Below, piece after piece: positions 34,961 to 38,813 of a stretch of 38,813 bases of DNA (position 1 is its first letter; each line of letters begins with the position of its first letter). This stretch comes from Octopus bimaculoides (taxonomy: Eukaryota), in assembly GCF_001194135.2 (NCBI RefSeq), contig NC_068993.1, positions 8,577,825 through 8,616,637 of the forward strand, in the 5' to 3' direction. The notes beneath the pieces are model-generated. The model saw only the letters and a list, made by a program, of their open reading frames with translations. It searched no databases and was not told where the DNA came from. Position numbers and translations under genes: made by a program.

Positions 34961-35398
34961 ATGAATATCCGTCAAATGTAAGACTTTGCTGGGATGTGAA
35001 TTGTGTGATGACCACCGACATCATCATAATCATTGTTTTATTGTCCATTTTCCATGCTTGCATGGGTTGGATGGAAGTAGATTTTCTATGGCCGGATACC
35101 CTTCCTCTCACCAAACCTCACTTGTTTCCAACTTGGGTAAGATTTCCCCATATTTTTGCCAGACATATTTTTACAGAAGACTAGAAATGAATGATATTCA
35201 TTTAAGACAATCGCACAATGTCAAGACAACAAGGCACACACACACACACATACAAATATATACACATGCATAGACATGAAATACTAATTTAAGTAGACGT
35301 CGAGCAGACAAAGGTGATAGAAATAAATATGGCAATTATGAGATGTAAAATCAATTTCTTATCAGGTGTAAACCTGGAATATTGAAATACAAATAATG

Positions 35399-35433
<35 letters not shown>

Positions 35434-35570
35434 TGTTCCCCCCACACACATGCATGTTCTCACATATGCACATACATTCTGATTAAAGCGTCGTTTATAG
35501 CTGTCTTTGTTTTAAATAATTCAATCAGTATAGTTACGCCTACACATTCATGTATGTATATATATATATA

Positions 35571-35965
35571 TACTCTTTACTCTTTTACTTGTTTCTGTCA
35601 TTTGACTGTGGTCATGCTGGAGTACCGCCTTTAGTTGAGCAAATCGACCCCAGGACTTATTCTTTGGAAGCCTAGTACTTATTCTATCGGGCTCTCTTTT
35701 GCCGAACCGCTAAGTTATGGGGACGTAAACACACCAGCATCGGTTGTCAAGCGATGGTGGGGGGACAAACACAGACACACAAACAGACATACATATATAT
35801 ATACATATATACGACGGGCTTCTTTCAGTTTCCGTCTACCAAATCCACTCACAAGGCTTTGGTCGGTCTGAGGCTATAGTAGAAGACACTTGCCCAAGGT
35901 GCCACGCAGTGGGACTGAACCCGGAACCATGTGGTTGGTAAGCAAGCTACTTACCACACAGCCAC
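35571..35965 (-). mobile_element. Near full-length SINE family 1
   Basis: Reverse complement of 29104-29503 along its whole length. Confidence 0.85.
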
Positions 35966-36652
35966 ACACATATATATATACACACATAAGTATGTATGTA
36001 TGTATACAAAGAATAAGTCTTGTAGACGCTTTGTTCGACTAAAGACGGTGCTCCAGCATGGCCACAGTCAAATGTATGAAACACATAAAAGAATAAAAGA
36101 ACACACACACATACTTATATATATATTTACATATATAGCCATGCATTCATATAAGTATTCATGTTTATATACATATCAGTGTTGTGTATATACAGATAAT
36201 AGTACTGTTGCTTTCCTGTTTTGTAGCTTGAGTTCCTGTCATGTGCATATATATGTGTGTGTATATATATATATATACATACATACATTCCTGCATGCAT
36301 ACATATATATGTATATATTTTATGACCGGAACACATGTTAAAGTCTGAATTTTCTTTCTTTTTTTTTTTTTTTTACAATTATCTATATTTCGGTGTGGAT
36401 GTACATACTTATATATAATGTGTGTGTGTGTGTATGCATCTGTCTGTTTATATATATATGTATAAGTATCAGTGCATGCATGTGCATATTTGTGTGTGTG
36501 TGTGTGTGTGTGTGTGCATATATATGTGGATATGGGTGCGTGCATTTGTTTATTTTAAGACGTTTGCAGGAAAGTGTGTACATGTGTGGTGGTAACATGT
36601 GCTCATGTGTGTATGTGTTTCTGTGTATGTTTCTGCATATGTGTGTATTTCT

Positions 36653-36697
<45 letters not shown>

Positions 36698-37014
36698 TTT
36701 TATGTTTTGAATGCATGCAAGTATAATATTTAGATAATTCTTCCTTGTTCTTCTTAAAGATGTTAAGTACACACCCTTCAAATAGTTGCTATAGCAACAG
36801 ATGTGTTCATGAACACCACTTGTGGCTGGTGGCCGACCAAGCCATTAAGTGAAATGGAGGGGGGACGAGGAAGCGGTGGAGATTATGTTTATGACGATGG
36901 CAACGATGATGATGATGATGATGATGATGATGGCTGTGTTTCTTTGACAGTATCATATTTCTTAAGTGCTTAGTGAAATCTTAAGTAAAATCATCATAAT
37001 TGTTATTGTTGTTT

Positions 37015-37970
37015 AGTGGTATTTCATCCGGCTCTTTAATTTCTGAGTTCAAATTTCACTGAGGTCATCTCTAGCTTTCATCCTTTTGGGGGATTTGATA
37101 AAATAAAGTACTAGTCAAGTACTGGGGGTCAATGTAGTCGGCTTGCCCTCCCCCTGACTCCCGAATCCTCTAAGTTACCAGCCTTGAGCCAAAATCTCAA
37201 GCAATTACTTAAGTGTTTTATCTGGGTCTTTGCATGCCAAGTTCAAATCATGCTGAAGTGAACTTCACCCTTTATCATTTCTGGGGTCAGTAAGATAAAT
37301 ACCAATGAAATACTTGGGGCTGATGTAATTAGTTTGCTATCTCTGACCTTGTGCCAAAATCAGGAAAGAATTCTTTAGCAGTGTTTGGGCTTCATTTCTT
37401 TAACATCCTGAGTTCAAATCCTGCTAAGATTACCTTTACCGTTTATTATTTTGGGACCAATAAGGCAGTGGAGCTGGTAGAATCATTAGTGAGTCAGACA
37501 AAATGGTTAAGCATTTCTTCCTGCTCTTTACATTCTGGGTTCAAATTCTGTCAAGTTCAACTTTTCCTTTTGTACCACTCAGAGTCAATAAATTAAATGC
37601 AACTTAAACACTTGGGTTTTTTAGTAATCAACTTATGCTCTCCCGCAAATTTGCTGTCCTTGTGCCAAAATTTGAAACCAATAAGTTAAGTACCAGCTGA
37701 ACATTGGGGTTCTTATAATCATCTTCCTTTCTCCTTTAAAATTGTTAGACTTTTGAAGCCATTATTCTGGGATTAATAAAATGACATACCAGTCGTATAC
37801 TAGATTTGATTCCATCACTTTAACCCACTCCTTCCAAATTTCCAGCCTGCTGCCTATATTAAAAACAATTGTTGCTAATACCTTGTAGTATTTGTACTGG
37901 CTATGTATGCTCTGAGTTCAAACCCAGACAAGGTCACACTTTGCTTTCCATTCTTCAGGGATTGATAAAA
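37015..37970 (+). mobile_element. Array of about 5-6 old SINE family 3 fragments
   Basis: Repeated (c)tgagttcaaat..gaggt/gtcaa..ttt.cc.tt.atc motifs at about 37043, 37238, 37408, 37535 and 37912. Confidence 0.6.
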
Positions 37971-37974
37971 TAAA

Positions 37975-38062
37975 GTAGAAGACACTTGCCCAAGGTGCCA
38001 CGCATTGGGACTGAACCCGGAACCATGTGGTTGGTAAGCAAGCTACTTACCACACAGCCACT
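37975..38062 (-). mobile_element. SINE family 1 tRNA-head fragment, little diverged
   Basis: Almost identical to 35878-35965. Confidence 0.8.
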
Positions 38063-38393
38063 CAAAAACAAAATACCAAGTTAACTCAGTTTCTGGCCCT
38101 TGGGTCAACATGACCAATTTATTAGTATTACATAGCATTTCTTTTCTTTTTTTTTTTTTTGTTTCTTTCTTTTACTCAATCTAAAACACAATTGTTATCT
38201 TATTTCGTTGCTCCCTTATATAGGAAATTAATATGCTCACCCACGATCTGCTAACTCTACCACAAGCAAGAATTAAAAATAAACACTGTATATAGGCCAG
38301 TGTCTCCATTTATGCATATTGCTTGTGACCCGACTCAGAAAGAAATAGAAAGAGAAACAGACAAGACAGATAGATAAAAAAGATGATATGACT

Positions 38394-38516
38394 GACAGAT
38401 AGACAGATAAAAAGATGGCATGAAAGTCAGGCAGATAGGAAAATGAAATGAAAGACAGATAGACAGATAAAAAGATGGCATGAAAGTCAGGCAGATAGGA
38501 AAATGAAATGAAAGAC
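38394..38516. repeat. Perfect 60-bp tandem duplication (2 copies)
   Basis: Lines 38401 and 38461 are identical for 56 nt. Confidence 0.9.
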
Positions 38517-38813
38517 ACAGATGGACAGACACACACACACACACACACTCTGAAAGACAAATTGACAAATAGATAGACGGATAACAAAAAAGGCGATGAA
38601 ATTAAAAAGACATCCCTCATGTGGTGTCCTAATGTTGCCTTTTCATGTATTACATGTTACACTGGGAGATGTGCAATTAAATAGCTTCTTCTGTTGCTAT
38701 TTCTTCTTTTTTTTTTCTTTCTTTTTTACATCTTTATCTCTCAGTATCTCCCTTTCTCTCTCTTTCTCCACACACACATATATACATATCTATACATATG
38801 TAAATATATATAT

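Larger units (their letters stand above)
34545..34981 (+). mobile_element. tRNA-headed SINE with internal (TAA)n and Penelope-like 3' region containing a hammerhead motif; interrupted by another SINE at about 34769-34960
   Basis: A box TGGCATAGTGG 34552-34562, B box GAGTTCGATTCC 34595-34606, (TAA)n 34621-34657, hammerhead core 34716-34747. The body resumes (atatccgtcaaatgtaa) at about 34965. Confidence 0.75.
18616..38813 (+). other. Probable large intron of the PA-RING gene (extends past the window end)
   Basis: Canonical donor at 18616. No recognisable TM-proximal or RING-H2 coding exon found downstream. An exon could be hidden in N-gaps. Confidence 0.6.

Overview
Eukaryotic, AT-rich, repeat-dense genomic DNA. 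It is most likely octopus (inferred from the abundant tRNA-derived SINE families and microsatellite style). Ten N-gaps total about 3.6 kb. Almost all ORFs in the track are microsatellite or gap artefacts. Only one protein-coding exon is well supported: 17961-18615 (+), encoding a signal peptide, an Asn tract and a PA domain of a Goliath/GRAIL-type (RNF130/RNF149/RNF150-like) membrane RING E3 ligase. It ends in a GTAAGT donor. I found no later exon, so everything downstream is probably its intron. The rest is SINEs, MITEs, decayed transposon fragments (restriction-like-endonuclease non-LTR, hAT/Buster, possibly copia) and a dispersed 28S rRNA D2 fragment. The most unusual signal is a set of Penelope-type minimal hammerhead ribozyme motifs from three unrelated repeats. 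One forms the 3' part of a tRNA-headed SINE that occurs twice in a head-to-head (fold-back) arrangement. All family assignments come from reading the sequence and recalled consensus motifs; no database searches were run. Repeat boundaries are approximate.
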